Part shown: positions 1 through 12,121 of the stretch, piece after piece
Layout: each line of letters opens with the position of its first letter
How positions within the stretch are numbered: position 1 is the stretch's first letter
Assembly (NCBI RefSeq): GCF_006345805.1
Contig: NC_043019.1
Span: 9,299,360 to 9,363,359 of the forward strand
Source of the DNA: Octopus sinensis
Lineage: Eukaryota
Reading direction: 5' to 3'
DNA length: 64,000 bases
Translations under genes and position numbers: made by a program
The notes under the pieces: model-generated
Databases searched by the model: none
What the model saw: only the letters and a program-made list of their open reading frames with translations
What the model was told of the DNA's origin: nothing

Positions 1-148
1 AAACATTAGTGTGGATGGTCACAACTGGAACGCTTGTTTTGCATCGGGATATTGCATCAGGATTGAACAAGAGCTGAACATTAATACAAAAAGAAGGAAG
101 ACACAGATGACCATCATCAGCAACAGATCCAATCATAGAAGACTAAAA

Positions 149-553
149 GCGCCACAGGAGTAGCCGTGTGGTAAAGAGGTTTGCTTTGCAATCGCTTTGG
201 TTGGGACTTCGGGCTTCTACTATAGGCCTGGGGGCGACCAAAGCCTTATGAGTGGATTTGAGAGGGGGAAACTGAAAGAAGCCCGCCGTATGTATATATT
301 TATGTGCGTGTTTACTCGCGCGCATGTGTGCATTTTTTTGTCTGTGTTTTCCCCCTCCCATTCCTGCTGGTAAATCGGTGTTGTTTTGTTTACATCCCTA
401 TAAACAAGCGCTTCGGTAAAAGAAACGGATAGAGTAAATAACAGGCTTTTAAAAAAATAAGTACTGGGGTGGATTTGTTCGACTAATAATCATCATGGCG
501 GTTGCCCCAGCATGGCCGCATTCTAATGATTGAAACATGTAACAGGCAAGTAA
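149..553 (+). mobile_element. tRNA-head SINE, family A, diverged near-full copy
   Basis: Shares family motifs cttctactata..gaccaaagcctt.tgagtggattt..aaactgaaagaagccc and 3' end ccagcatggccgca..tgattgaaaca with the other copies in the window. Confidence 0.8.
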
Positions 554-994
554 AACGGCAAGCACCACCCCCCAGATCCACACCAACACTATACTACTAA
601 CAACTGCAGTGCTTCACTAATCCGATTATCCGATAATCCCACAATCACCTCTGGTCTACACCCAACACTATACCACAACCAATACTGTATCACGAACAAC
701 AGCAAATCTCGTCGTAACACCACTACCTCTACCTCTACCACAGCATCAAATGTGACAACCATCGCCATCTTTCCCCGCCGTCATCGACACAGCCACCGAA
801 GCTACAACCTGCACCACCAATATCACCATTACCACTGTCGCCGGCGCTAATACAACCATCAGCACAAGCACCACCACAACCACCACTACCACTAATACTA
901 TTGTCAATACTGTCCTTGACCCCCACCAACTGAAAGAATAGAGAAATGGTGTTTCAAAAAACAACTGGGATGACAATAACACACAGCAAGGACA

Positions 995-997
995 ATG

Positions 998-1036
<39 letters not shown>

Positions 1037-1192
1037 GCACACACACACACACACACGCACCTCGAACATGCGTTGGCAATCTGTTTTAAGTCTCCAGTAT
1101 TTGTACATTGCAAATTTTTTGCAAATTGTCACAAGATAGATGCAAACATACACAGACACACACATACATATGTGAGTGAAAATTGTATTACG

Positions 1193-1223
<31 letters not shown>

Positions 1224-1272
1224 AAGAGAGAGAGAGAGAGAGAGAGAGGGGGGGATAGATAGATAGATAGAT
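995..1272. repeat. Compound microsatellite (CA)n-(TA)n-(GA)n-(GATA)n
   Basis: Directly visible; source of several spurious ORFs. Confidence 0.95.
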
Positions 1273-1274
1273 AT

Positions 1275-1650
1275 GCAGGCGTGGCTGTGTGGTAAGAAGC
1301 CTGCTTCCCAACCACATGATTCTGGGTTCAATTCCACTACGTGACAACTTGGGCAAGTGTCTTCTACTATGACCTCCGGCAAACCAAAGCGTTGTGAGCG
1401 GATTTGGTAGACGGAAGCTGGTAGGAGCCCATCGTGTATGTTTATGTGTATGTGTGTGTATCTGTTTTGTTCCACCCACCTACCCACTATCATTTGACAA
1501 CCGATTTTGGTGAGTTTACGTCCCCGTTACTTAGCGGTTCGACAAAAGAGACCGATAGAATAAGTCCTGTTTAGTCGATTCGTTCGATAAACGCAGCGCT
1601 CCAGCATGGCCTGCAGCTAAATGGCTGAAACAAGTGAAAGAATACAAGAA
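1275..1650 (+). mobile_element. SINE family A, full copy
   Basis: A-box-like gtggctgtgtgg, B-box-like gggttcaattcc, family body and 3' end ccagcatggcc..aatggctgaaacaagtgaaaga. Confidence 0.9.
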
Positions 1651-1675
1651 TAAAATAATCTATGCAGAATTGGAG

Positions 1676-2078
1676 ATTAGTATGTGCTACCAATCCATTA
1701 GTATGTGCTACCAATCCATTAGTATGTGCTACCAATCCATTAGTATGTGCTACCAATCCATTAGTATGTGCTACCAATCCATTAGTATGTGCTACCAATC
1801 CATTAGTATGTGCTACCAATCCATTAGTATGTGCTACCAATCCATTAGTATGTGCTACCAATCCATTAGTATGTGCTACCAATCCATTAGTATGTGCTAC
1901 CAATCCATTAGTATGTGCTACCAATCCATTAGTATGTGCTACCAATCCATTAGTATGTGCTACCAATCCATTAGTATGTGCTACCAATCCATTAGTATGT
2001 GCTACCAATCCATTAGTATGTGCTACCAATCCATTAGTATGTGCTACCAATCCATTAGTATGTGCTACCAATCCATTA
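1676..2078. repeat. Perfect minisatellite, 19 x 21-bp unit ATTAGTATGTGCTACCAATCC plus ATTA
   Basis: Identical units with no spacers; 19 copies counted from the ISMCYQS repeats of ORF 1634-2128. Confidence 0.97.
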
Positions 2079-3530
2079 AGCCGGATTTGCTCGACAAAGC
2101 AATTACTTTTTGCGAAGAATTTTACTAGTATTACACCAGTAGAAAAAAATAACATTTTTACCGCCAAAAAAAATACACTGATATCGTTCAGAAATAGGAC
2201 ATGGACCCGGTGTGACCTGCATGGCGGTTTTGATGATACAATGGGGAAGCTCGAACTCTGTCCTGGTCACAGAAATGTTGGCCTATTTTTACTCTCAAAA
2301 ATGGAGGAAGAATTATAGAGACGATGATACCTTATTCGCTGCATCTGGCTGCACCGCACGAGCAACTGAAAGGATAAGGATTAATAAATTGTTTTAAAGT
2401 TATACAACTTAGATATTATATTTGAAAATGTCACTAAATGTGTTAACATATTGGACGTAGCATTAAATCTAGATGACGGCTTATCTCTATCCTTACCATA
2501 AGCCTAACAAAGCTATTAAGTATATCCACACCTTATCAAATCATCTCCAAAGTGTCACAAAGGGGATAATCGAAGGTGTGTCGACAAGAATATCGAATTT
2601 ATCCGCAAACGAAAAGATCTTCGATGATTTTGCACCCCTTTATGATACAGCACTAAAAGACAGTGGATTCTTGAGAAAAATATATTAAGAACACAATGTT
2701 TAAAAATAAATTAGGCAAACGTTTTCCAAATATTGCGAATTTAACCATCGACACACCTCCCATGAACAACAACCCCCTTTCCCCCGAATATAGAAACCAT
2801 CAACACTTTAGAAGATATTATGATTTATTCACTTATAATAACAATAACTATACTGGGCAGAACAGGAACAACTCGGGGAGGAAGCGGAAAATTATATGGC
2901 TTACACCTCACTTTTCCCTCCAGGTCAGAAACCTCCGTAAATTATTTTTTAGCATTATTGATAGGAACTTCCCACCAGGTCATAAATATCATTCCATATT
3001 TAATAGATCCTACCTTAAATTATCGTACTCAACAACACCCAATCAAGGATCTATAATCGCGTCCAACAATAGACTTTATTAATGGTGTTATTTCAAAATC
3101 GGAGATGATAACATAGCTGACCTTAATAGGAAGATTAATAATAAAAACCCTAATATTTAAAAACAGAAAGGCTAAACCTGGAAATAAAACACGTAAGTGT
3201 AAATAAAGATTGGTTTGTAATAACGGAAACCACACACACTAAAAATTGCAATTTATGGACGAAGGAGGCGATCCACAATCTCCGTGCCAACCAAAAAAAA
3301 AGGCTTACTTAATAAGATATCTGATGTCAAAATTACCTGTAGACATATCTTTCAACTTTTTAATTCTTCCCCAGAAATAATTAGCCTATAGGATTTTAAT
3401 CTAGTCACCTTTCATATTATGGATTCATTTCAAAATACTATTATGTCATCCATATGAACAGTGTAGTCCGACAAAGAATTCGTTGTTTAAAAATTTATGA
3501 CTCTTAAAATTTTAACAACTCTTTGAATTT

Positions 3531-3625
3531 TTTAATTCTGATGAGAGAAATATAGAGAATAGCAATGGTTGGAATTAGCTCGCCCACACCAACTTATACC
3601 TTCTCGAAACGGCCGACAGACTTTG
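3531..3625 (+). ncRNA. Degenerate type I hammerhead ribozyme at PLE 3' end
   Basis: CTGATGA(3538-3544) GAGAA...TTCTC GAAAC(3606-3610) GGCC GAC; stem II intact, cleavage triplet GAC rather than GUH, stem I lost. Confidence 0.55.
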
Positions 3626-3779
3626 CCCTTATTCAGGATTCCTCTTAAATCATCTTATACTAACTTTCTCATCTGCCCTTCTCATTGATTCTAATACGGA
3701 CATTCAAACCTCGAAAGTACATCTATTTATATGTTGATATATTTTAAAGATTTTTTTTTATATATTTACAAATTTTTAT

Positions 3780-3887
3780 CACTGCGTGGCACCTTGGGCG
3801 AGTGTCTTCTACTATAGCCTCGGGCCGACCAAAGCCTTGTGAGTGGATTTGGTAGACGGAAACTGAAAGAAGCCCGTCGTATATATG

Positions 3888-3933
<46 letters not shown>

Positions 3934-4146
3934 TGTTTGTGTGTCTGTGTTTGTCCCCCTAGCATTGCTTGACAACCGATGCTGGTGTGTTTATGTCCCC
4001 GTTACTAAGCGGTTCGGCAAAAGAGACCGATAGAATAAGTACTGGGCTTACAAAAGAATAAGTCCCGGGGTCGAGTTGCTCGATTAAAGGTGGTGCTCCA
4101 GCATGGCCGCAGTCAAATGACTGAAACAAGTAAAAGAGTAAAAGAG
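3780..4146 (+). mobile_element. SINE family A, 5'-truncated, close to consensus
   Basis: actgcgtggcaccttgggcgagtg...ccagcatggccgcagtcaaatgactgaaacaagtaaaagagtaaaaga; internal (TA)n. Confidence 0.92.
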
Positions 4147-5399
4147 CATGTCTATAAAGCTTCGTATGTTTATATTTATAAATTCTTATGAATTTTTATC
4201 GTGTCTCATAGATGTGATGGCATCTATGTATATTGTGGAGAATTTCGACAATTTGAAACGGACTGAATGAATATATACACCGACCTTTTGAAATTTGCTT
4301 CTTTCCTTCTTAGTTATATATCTATATACATGGTAATATATGTTTTACACACACACACACACACACATACATATATATATATGTGTGTGCAAGCGATTAT
4401 AAATATACAGTTTTGCTTTATTATCCATATATACTTACGTATATACACACTTGTATAAACATTTATATCTCTGTAGCTTTATATATTCATAAGTGTTGTG
4501 TGTTGCTGTGCGTATATGATGATGCACTCAGAAATTATAGAAAACGAGAAAAATATATTAAAAACGGTGTCTTCAAGATAGCACTGAGAAGCGAACCCCG
4601 CCCCTCACTGTTTCACACATCCCGCACGACGGCATTCCTTGCTTGTTTTCTTTTCCGCTTTTTTTTCCCACTTTATCTCTCCCCTCCCACCTCTACCTCT
4701 TTCACCTCCTCCACACGGCTGCCCCCATTGATGCCTGTTGCTGACGAAGCGACTTCATATTCTTCACGCGGCCACCATTTCATTTTTGACAATGGAATTG
4801 TCCTACTTTTTAGTTTCGGCAAATTATGTCAATAACAACAACACGAACACCAACAACAACAACAACAATTACTACCACTACTACTACTACTTGAAAAATA
4901 AATATGATTAAAACAAAATAACGAAAGGAACAAAGAAAATATTTTTTTATCGTCATCATCATCATCGTTGTCATTGATAAGTGAAGGTTGGTGGAGATTG
5001 TCTTATAGTATTTAATCTTCGTTCAGTTTACATTATGAGTTCAAATTTGCTGACGTCCTCTGTCCTCTTCCTGGGGTTAATAATGGTATGGAGACACATC
5101 ACTGGCACAATGGTGTCTGTTTCAGTCAGTCGAATCTTTCCTTTCCTTCAAAATGCTTCGTTATACTGAAATCAGATATATATCCTAGTGTTAAACTGGG
5201 AAATGATAGTTTACACATGCAAGTCCTAGCTGGAGCAAAATAAAGACACAATCCACTCATACTAAACCATTCCACTTTTTTCGCGAAAAGCTCTGCAGTA
5301 TTGGAATGAGGGTCCGTCTTAAAAATGATCAACAGCCATATCGTGTAGCACATCAATCGACTGGAACCATTCATCTATGACGAAGATGAGGATGATGAT

Positions 5400-5765
5400 A
5401 ATACCAGACGCGGTAGTAAATGGCAAATATGATGGTAAGATCGTAGACGTTGCAATACCATATTCTAATAGAGCGGATATCAAAGAAACTGAGAGAATTG
5501 AGGAATATCTGAACTTAAACTAAAGAGACGAAGAGAATATGAAAGACAAAGATGGAAAATATATCTGTGGTTAATTCGTAGACTCGCCGCGATAACCAAA
5601 CTGCTGTCTGTGGGGATGACGTGCATCGAATTGAGAGAAGTACCGTTTTAATTCCAATATTCCTTCAGAAAAGCGCCCTCCTACGATCTGCAAGAACCTT
5701 GAGATGGATTCTTCAGATTTGAGATTTGTCAACAAACCTCAAGTAAACGCTTGTCAATAAATCGA
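5400..5765 (+). mobile_element. R4/Dong-type LINE 3' fragment (restriction-like endonuclease)
   Basis: Degenerate PD..IVDVAIP..DIKE.ERIEEY.NL and QKSALLRSARTLRWIL motifs. Confidence 0.7.
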
Positions 5766-5807
5766 TTGATCGATATTGAATGAGTTTAATGCTATGAGTT
5801 TAAGTCA

Positions 5808-5912
5808 GGCAAAACAACCTCGGCGGAATTTGAACTCAAAACGTAACAGCAAGCGAAATACCGCTAAACATTTCGCTCGGCGTGCTAACGTTTCTGCCAG
5901 CTCGCCGCCTTA
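5808..5912 (-). mobile_element. SINE family B, head fragment
   Basis: Reverse complement of ggcggcgagctggcagaaacgttagcacg..gagttcaaattccgccgagg, seen on + at 45698. Confidence 0.85.
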
Positions 5913-6372
5913 TTTTTATGATATTGTCACAACCGAGTGTGTGTGTGCGTGCGCGTGTATTTCTTGGCTGCAATCATGGGTGCATTTTTCTCCTGTCATG
6001 CCTGTTGTTGTGCTGTTTTATTCGTTGGTTGATCATTCTGTATAGAGATGTGTTTCTAGCTTTACGTGTGAATACGTATGTCTGCCTCTTCTAGGTCTAC
6101 GTTCGTTTGTAGATGTGTTTTTCTGTCTGTTGGCTGATAGAGGTCCTCCTATGAATAATTCTTCAAATCGTGCTGTGGACCAGACTTGTGAAGAATGGTA
6201 AAACATTTTGTAATTCTTGACCTCAGACAACCCGACCAGCCTTTCAGTAAATGGTATCATTTTTAGGAAATAGTTTTATTATTCATAATTTTATTTTCAT
6301 ACCCCATATATGAACATGGATGTAGAAATGCATATAAGTGTATACATACACATTAATACATATATGTATATA

Positions 6373-6405
<33 letters not shown>

Positions 6406-6552
6406 TTATATACATATATAGATAGATAGAAGTCCACACACACATAGTTTCTATGTTTAAAATATATTTTCTAATTTTACTGTTTTCGCTGTTTGTCGAT
6501 TTATATACATAGATGTGTTGAGTGTGAGGGGTTGTATGTATGCATATATATA

Positions 6553-7127
6553 TGTGTGTGTGTGTGTGTGTGCGTGTGTGTAGATAGATAAACAAATACG
6601 CAGACAATAGATAAGTATACGAATATAAATACAGAAATGCATAAATACATACGAAAAAATATGCATGCATACACACGTCTGTCTGTCTGTCTCTATGTAT
6701 GTATGTATGTATGTATGTATGTATGTATGTGTGTGTGTGTATGTATGCACACACATATATATGCATATAGAGAGACTAGCGGAAGACGGAGAGAAAAACA
6801 TTGAAACCACACTTAGTACGCATATATACATGTGTGTGTGTGTGTGTGTGTGTGCGTGTGTGTAGATAGATAAACAAATACGCAGACAATAGATAAGTAT
6901 ACGAATATAAATACAGAAATGCATAAATACATACGAAAAAATATGCATGCATACACACGTCTGTCTGTCTGTCTCTATGTATGTATGTATGTATGTATGT
7001 ATGTATGTGTGTGTGTGTATGTATGCACACACATATATATGCATATAGAGAGACTAGCGGAAGACGGAGAGAAAAACATTGAAACCACACTTAGTACGCA
7101 TATATACATGTGTGTGTGTGTGTGTGT
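6553..7127. repeat. Tandem duplication of a ~280-bp unit bounded by (TG)n
   Basis: tagatagataaacaaatacgcagacaat...cttagtacgcatatatacatg occurs at 6581 and 6863. Confidence 0.93.
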
Positions 7128-7487
7128 AGGAGTGTATAAGTTGTGCAAGTAGAGCTCTATCTGTGTGTTAGTGTGTGTGTGTGTGTATCTACGTATGTAT
7201 CTCTCTGTCTTTAACAGGTGGACCTATTTTACAACCGCAACGACCAGAATATATTCTACGCAATCTATAACCTGCTCCCCCATTCCTTCTCCCCCCCCAT
7301 CACCTTCAATTTCTCTCTTTCTCCCTCTGAATCTCTTTCTCAGTATCTCTCTGTCTCGACCTCAATCTCTTTCTCTCTCTCTCTCTCGCTTTCTCTGTCT
7401 CTGTCTCACTCTCTCTGTTAATCTCTCCCTCTTTTCCTCTCTCTCTCACTCTACCTCACTTCAGTTACTTTCTCCTACTTTTCATTC

Positions 7488-7522
<35 letters not shown>

Positions 7523-8029
7523 TCTTATTCCCTCCTCTTCTCTTCTCCATTCCTCAACATTCTCCTTGCCCTCCCTTCTTTTTCTCCATCTAATTTCAAA
7601 TTTTATTCCTTCTCCCCCACCCACACCACAGTCCCCCACCTTCTCCCCCTCCATCTCCTCACCCTTCATTCCACTAATAACATTCCTTCTCTTCCCCACC
7701 TCCCTCCATCCTTCTCATTCTCCATCATTCTTGTCCATCCTTCATCTATTTGCTGCTCTTAAAAGCAAACTATCTTCTTTTATATATTTTCCTTTTCATT
7801 GTCGTTATTTTGTCCGTCGGCTGCTTTCTCCTCTTCTACTTACATTATGCTTAATATTCACTCTTTATAAGCTTGCCTCTGTCTGTGTGTGTGTGTTTGT
7901 TGGTGCGCGTATGTCAATGTGTTTATGTGTTTGTGTATATGTATGTCTGCGTGCGTTTCGTCTGACCCTAAAAGCTATTCGAAGAACATATATATCGAAA
8001 TAAACAACAACAGCGGCAACTACTACTAT

Positions 8030-8060
<31 letters not shown>

Positions 8061-8092
8061 ACAAAGATGGCAACAACAGCAACAACAAAAAC

Positions 8093-8600
8093 AATAATAA
8101 TAAATGCCCTGATGCAGTACCAAGCAGTGACTATCTTAACTGATTGGAAGTGTTATCATTGTTTTGTCTTGGTATAAAAGATGGGCGACAGCAAATATTC
8201 TGCTCAATACCACAGATTTGCTTGTCAGTTGTTTGACCTTAACCAGTTGAGCATGTCCCTTAATGGCTGACGGAGTAGTGGGGGAGCATCATAGCGATAT
8301 ATTGAGAGGAATTCAATGAGGTTTGAATAAATCACCTTTGGAAACATGGGTGTTTTGTTCATCATCCTTAAACAATCCTTATTCAGGGACCTTTTGGGCG
8401 GGATGGGCTACTCAACGCGAAGAAAATTGTAACTGGGCCTCACCTGCAAGACCATGCGCTGTTTATCTTGATATGAGATCACCATTTTGCGCACATATGG
8501 TTGTATTGCATGTGCCTGGTGTACTTTTCTCAGACAAGTAGTCATGATGGGTATATTGGGCTTCGTATAATTGTACCCCAGTGTCACTTTGATGGCATGC
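8093..8600 (-). mobile_element. Probable non-autonomous retroposon ending in an (ATT)n tail
   Basis: Simple-repeat tail at 8093-8103; no ORF; recalled as a common cephalopod interspersed repeat, not verified. Confidence 0.4.
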
Positions 8601-8619
8601 GTTACTCTCTCGCTCAATA

Positions 8620-9990
8620 ATAGTAATAACCAAACAATAGCTAACCTGAACAAAAGCAAAAATGAAAGGAATATTATTGAGAGAAATAGAATAAGATATG
8701 CAACAGCCTTTGTGGTCACAAAGAAAATTGGATCCTTTCTTATATTCACTGAAATAGGAGAATGAAAAATCAAACAAACACCACGGAAGAGAAATATTCA
8801 GGAAAAGCGAAAGAATGGAAGAAATGATTTGTGAATGCTTTGTGAAAACAGTGACAGGACAGAACTAATAAACAACAGGAAAGAGAGAGAAACAATGAAG
8901 AAATACAAAATAACAAACAATATGTACGTGAAATAAAGAAAAACGCCCAAAACAATAGATGTTTGCTACAATACAAAGAATCCGTCGGAATGAAAAACGC
9001 CGACGATTCTTTGAACAAAGGAAACAATTTGACTTCGTCCCAAAACGATTCTACCAAGAATTTGGGGAAAATAACAAAGAAGTAAATGCGGCACCAACAG
9101 CAAGAGGAGGAGGAGGAGGAGGATAATTTTAGGAAGGAGGATGAGCTGCGAAGGAATTATCTCAGAAAGGATTAAGAAGAACAGCATCTAAATATGTCTG
9201 GATCCCATAACAAAAGGAAAACTTACGCAGGAAGTGAAAAACTTCAAGACACGAAGACATGGAAAGATTCCCAACTTTTGGTCAAAATATTTAGCAGGGT
9301 GACCTAAGATGTTGGCAGATAAGGTTAACGAGACGCTGACGGAGCCTGAGACAACACCTGAATGGTTCAAGGTTGAGGAAAACCATTTTAATCCTTAAAT
9401 CTACAGAAACCGCAATTTCACAAAATTACAGACGCAAAAATGTCTCCCTACAACTACAGAACCTTAACTGCAATGATGTTGTAGTGAGGGATCAGACGGG
9501 AAGAAAGCAACCTGTTTCCAGAACAACAAAATGAGTTGTTACAAAAGTCTCATGTGGCTGTAAAGATCGGTTATTGATCAATGCAGCCGAAGGAAATCGA
9601 ATTGTCTGAGCACGGCGTAGATTGGCTACCGGAAGGCTGCAGCTACAGAAAAATGGGGGATTTAAGAAACCTAAGGTTATTCCCGATAGAAGAGGATCAT
9701 TCCAACGAGATACAATCGCTTCCTCTTCTTTTCTGCTTGGTATGTAAACAGAACTGGATATGGATACAATCAGCCATCTCTTGTATATGGATTATCTCAA
9801 GGTATATGCTACAAATGGTAAACAACTGGAAACTCTCCTGCAGAGACTACACGGATTTCTCAAAGAAATCATGAGACACAGCTTAGGGAAAAAGGGGCTA
9901 ATGCAACATTGAAATGAGGAAAATTAAGAACAGAAATACGATACTAAATAAACTAAGAGAACTGAATCATACAAATTGGCTGTTATTATG
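8620..9990 (+). mobile_element. R4/Dong-type LINE relic (N-terminal region and RT)
   Basis: FVPKRFYQEFG, PNFW, PETTPEWF, NYR..CLP, GCKDRLLIN, LLYMDYLKVYATNGKQLE motifs with stops and frameshifts; homologous to the reverse complement of 35000-36250. Confidence 0.85.
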
Positions 9991-10080
9991 ATGGACGATA
10001 AATTCAACGGGCTTAGAAAATATGTAACTTGTACAGAGTGAATTTGTTTTTTTGCTTTGTTCGTAAACCTGAGACTTATT

Positions 10081-10171
10081 CAGTTGGTCGGTTTTGTTGC
10101 ACCGCTACGTTACGAGTGCGTAAACACACCAACACCGCTCATCAAGCGGTCCTGTAGTACACACACGTGTG

Positions 10172-10210
<39 letters not shown>

Positions 10211-10360
10211 TATATACGGTGGGCTTCTTTCATTTTCCATCTACCAAATCCCCTCCCAACGCTATAGTAGAAGACAGACGCCCAAAGTGCCACTCAGAAG
10301 GACTGAACCCGGAACCATGTGGTTGGTAAGTAAGCATCTTACCACACGCCCACGCCTGCA
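10081..10360 (-). mobile_element. SINE family A, diverged
   Basis: Reverse complement of family head and body with internal (TA)n. Confidence 0.85.
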
Positions 10361-11793
10361 CACAGACACACACACACATACACACACTGACATATATACA
10401 TATATGTGTGTGTATGTGTATACGTATGTATGTACGTATGTAAAATGTTATTAATCCAAACAAGTATTACAGAAGAAATAAATGGAATTGAAACTGCGCA
10501 GGGAATATACGAATGTCTGTGCTGATAGTTTACAAAATGTCAGAAGAGAATTCAATGAATTTTTCATGTCCTCTGCACGAAGACGACGTCAACGAAAATA
10601 TATAAAATTAGAAACGCAATGTAAAATCCACAACTGTTTGGTAAACAGGATAAATATAGTTTTTTTTTTCTCTTTTTTTTTAAGTCTCGCTGTGGAAAGT
10701 AAATAAAGTAGCGACTTTCCTCGGCGTTGAAATGGTTATTCCCCCCACCCCACCCCCTTCCAAAAATTTACCGTTCGTCCTCGAGGAGGAATGTCGAATG
10801 TTTCGAAGGCCGATCTAATCCCAGCGGAAGGATATCTATACTAAGCAAATTCTGTTTCGTTGCCGTCTAAAAATAAGAGCAAAATCGCAGACTTTTAATG
10901 ATCCAGCGGAACTCTCAGTCATTAAACCACTCGACATCTCTTCCCTCAAGAATAAAAAATAAAGAAAAAACATCACGGTTAGAGATGTATAAAGTGCTGT
11001 GACCTTGTTTTTATTGTTACATCTTTTGCTTGTTTTTCCACGAAACGTTTCAGTGAAAACTGGGTGCGTCTCAGGTCGGAGCGTCCTCGACGTCAGGAAA
11101 TGCGCAGGTTTTACATTTCACTGCGACGCTCAGTTTCTAGGTTCGACCTAACTACTCTACCCGAGGTCACCATTTGAAAGTGCTTAAATAAAAAAAAAAA
11201 CGCTCTAAGTGCATTATTAATTAGATCATTAATTAATTTATATTTATATACTTACATGCACACACACAAACATATACACTCACACACGTATGTGAGTGAC
11301 ATTCTTTACAAATGCACTGAGAAACTCTCAGCGAATATTGAAAACTTTATCCTAATTTATTTATTTTATAGACTACTAATCCAATCTTTCTTTCGCACAC
11401 ACACACACACACACACAACGTATATATTTATGTGTGTGTGTGTGCATGTATGTAGGCATGTATGTATATATGCACGCAGGCATATAATCAAATACCTTTA
11501 TTCATTCGTATTTGTCTCTGTTCATGTTTTGCCAGAAAACGCTTTCTTTGTTTTGCTTTTCGTCTGCAGTTTTGCAATATTCTTTTTAATGGTTGCGTCT
11601 TTCATCGAACAGATTTTCGTTCAGCATAGGAGACCTGTAATTCACAGTTACGTAATTTGAAGTTCGGCGGAAGAAATAAATTTTGCTTCTTGTCTATAGC
11701 GAGTATTTACACACATATTCATATAGATAGATGTGAGTATGTGTGTGTGTGGTAGGTCGAAGAATGCAAGTGTTTCTATCACATTTATCTCTA

Positions 11794-11926
11794 CATTACG
11801 ATCGTTTCAACGATGTTTCAAGCAAATCATTAACATAAATGATTACGCAGTATTGGAAGATATTGCATAATCACTGTTTATATTCATAATTTGTCTGAAC
11901 AACGTATTGTTGAAACGATCGTAATG
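11794..11926. mobile_element. MITE-like foldback element with perfect 18-bp terminal inverted repeats
   Basis: cattacgatcgtttcaac (11794-11811) / gttgaaacgatcgtaatg (11909-11926); imperfect internal complementarity. Confidence 0.6.
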
Positions 11927-12121
11927 AAGGAATACCTGTAGTAGCAACACCACCGTTCATAGACTCACTCTATTATACTTCGTGACTCACTTTGCAGGAA
12001 GAGGTTTCCTTTAAAGAAAATTGTTCATTTCACATATATATATAAATATATACACACACAAGCATACGCATATATATATTTGTGCGTGTATGTGTTTGAG
12101 TGTATATGCGTGTGTGTGTGT

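Larger units (their letters stand above)
1651..3720 (+). mobile_element. Penelope-like retroelement relic (RT, linker and degenerate GIY-YIG end), frameshifted
   Basis: Spliced-frame translation gives SIKPDLLDKAITF..NFTSIT, FDDTMG, YRDD, YPYHKPNKAIKYIHTLSNH, RISNLSANEKIFDD..YDTALKDSG, RKRKIIWLTPHFS..FPPGHKYHSIFNRSYLKLSYSTTPN, all typical of PLE RT and linker. Confidence 0.9.

Noticed and set aside
1-146. LINE RT fragment at the window edge
   Set aside because: Only a vague LNIN..KTQM-like resemblance; too short to call
1676-2078. CRISPR array
   Set aside because: The units are contiguous and identical with no spacers, the context is eukaryotic, and there are no cas genes
1571-2318. Repeat-protein genes (LVAHTNG, LVCATNP and ISMCYQS ORFs)
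   Set aside because: The frames are open only because the 21-bp unit lacks stops; the flanks are a frameshifted PLE
7218-7421. Exon after the strong acceptor ctctctgtctttaacAG (VDLFYNRNDQNIFYAIYNLL)
   Set aside because: No donor; the frame runs into CT-rich low complexity and the peptide is unrecognised
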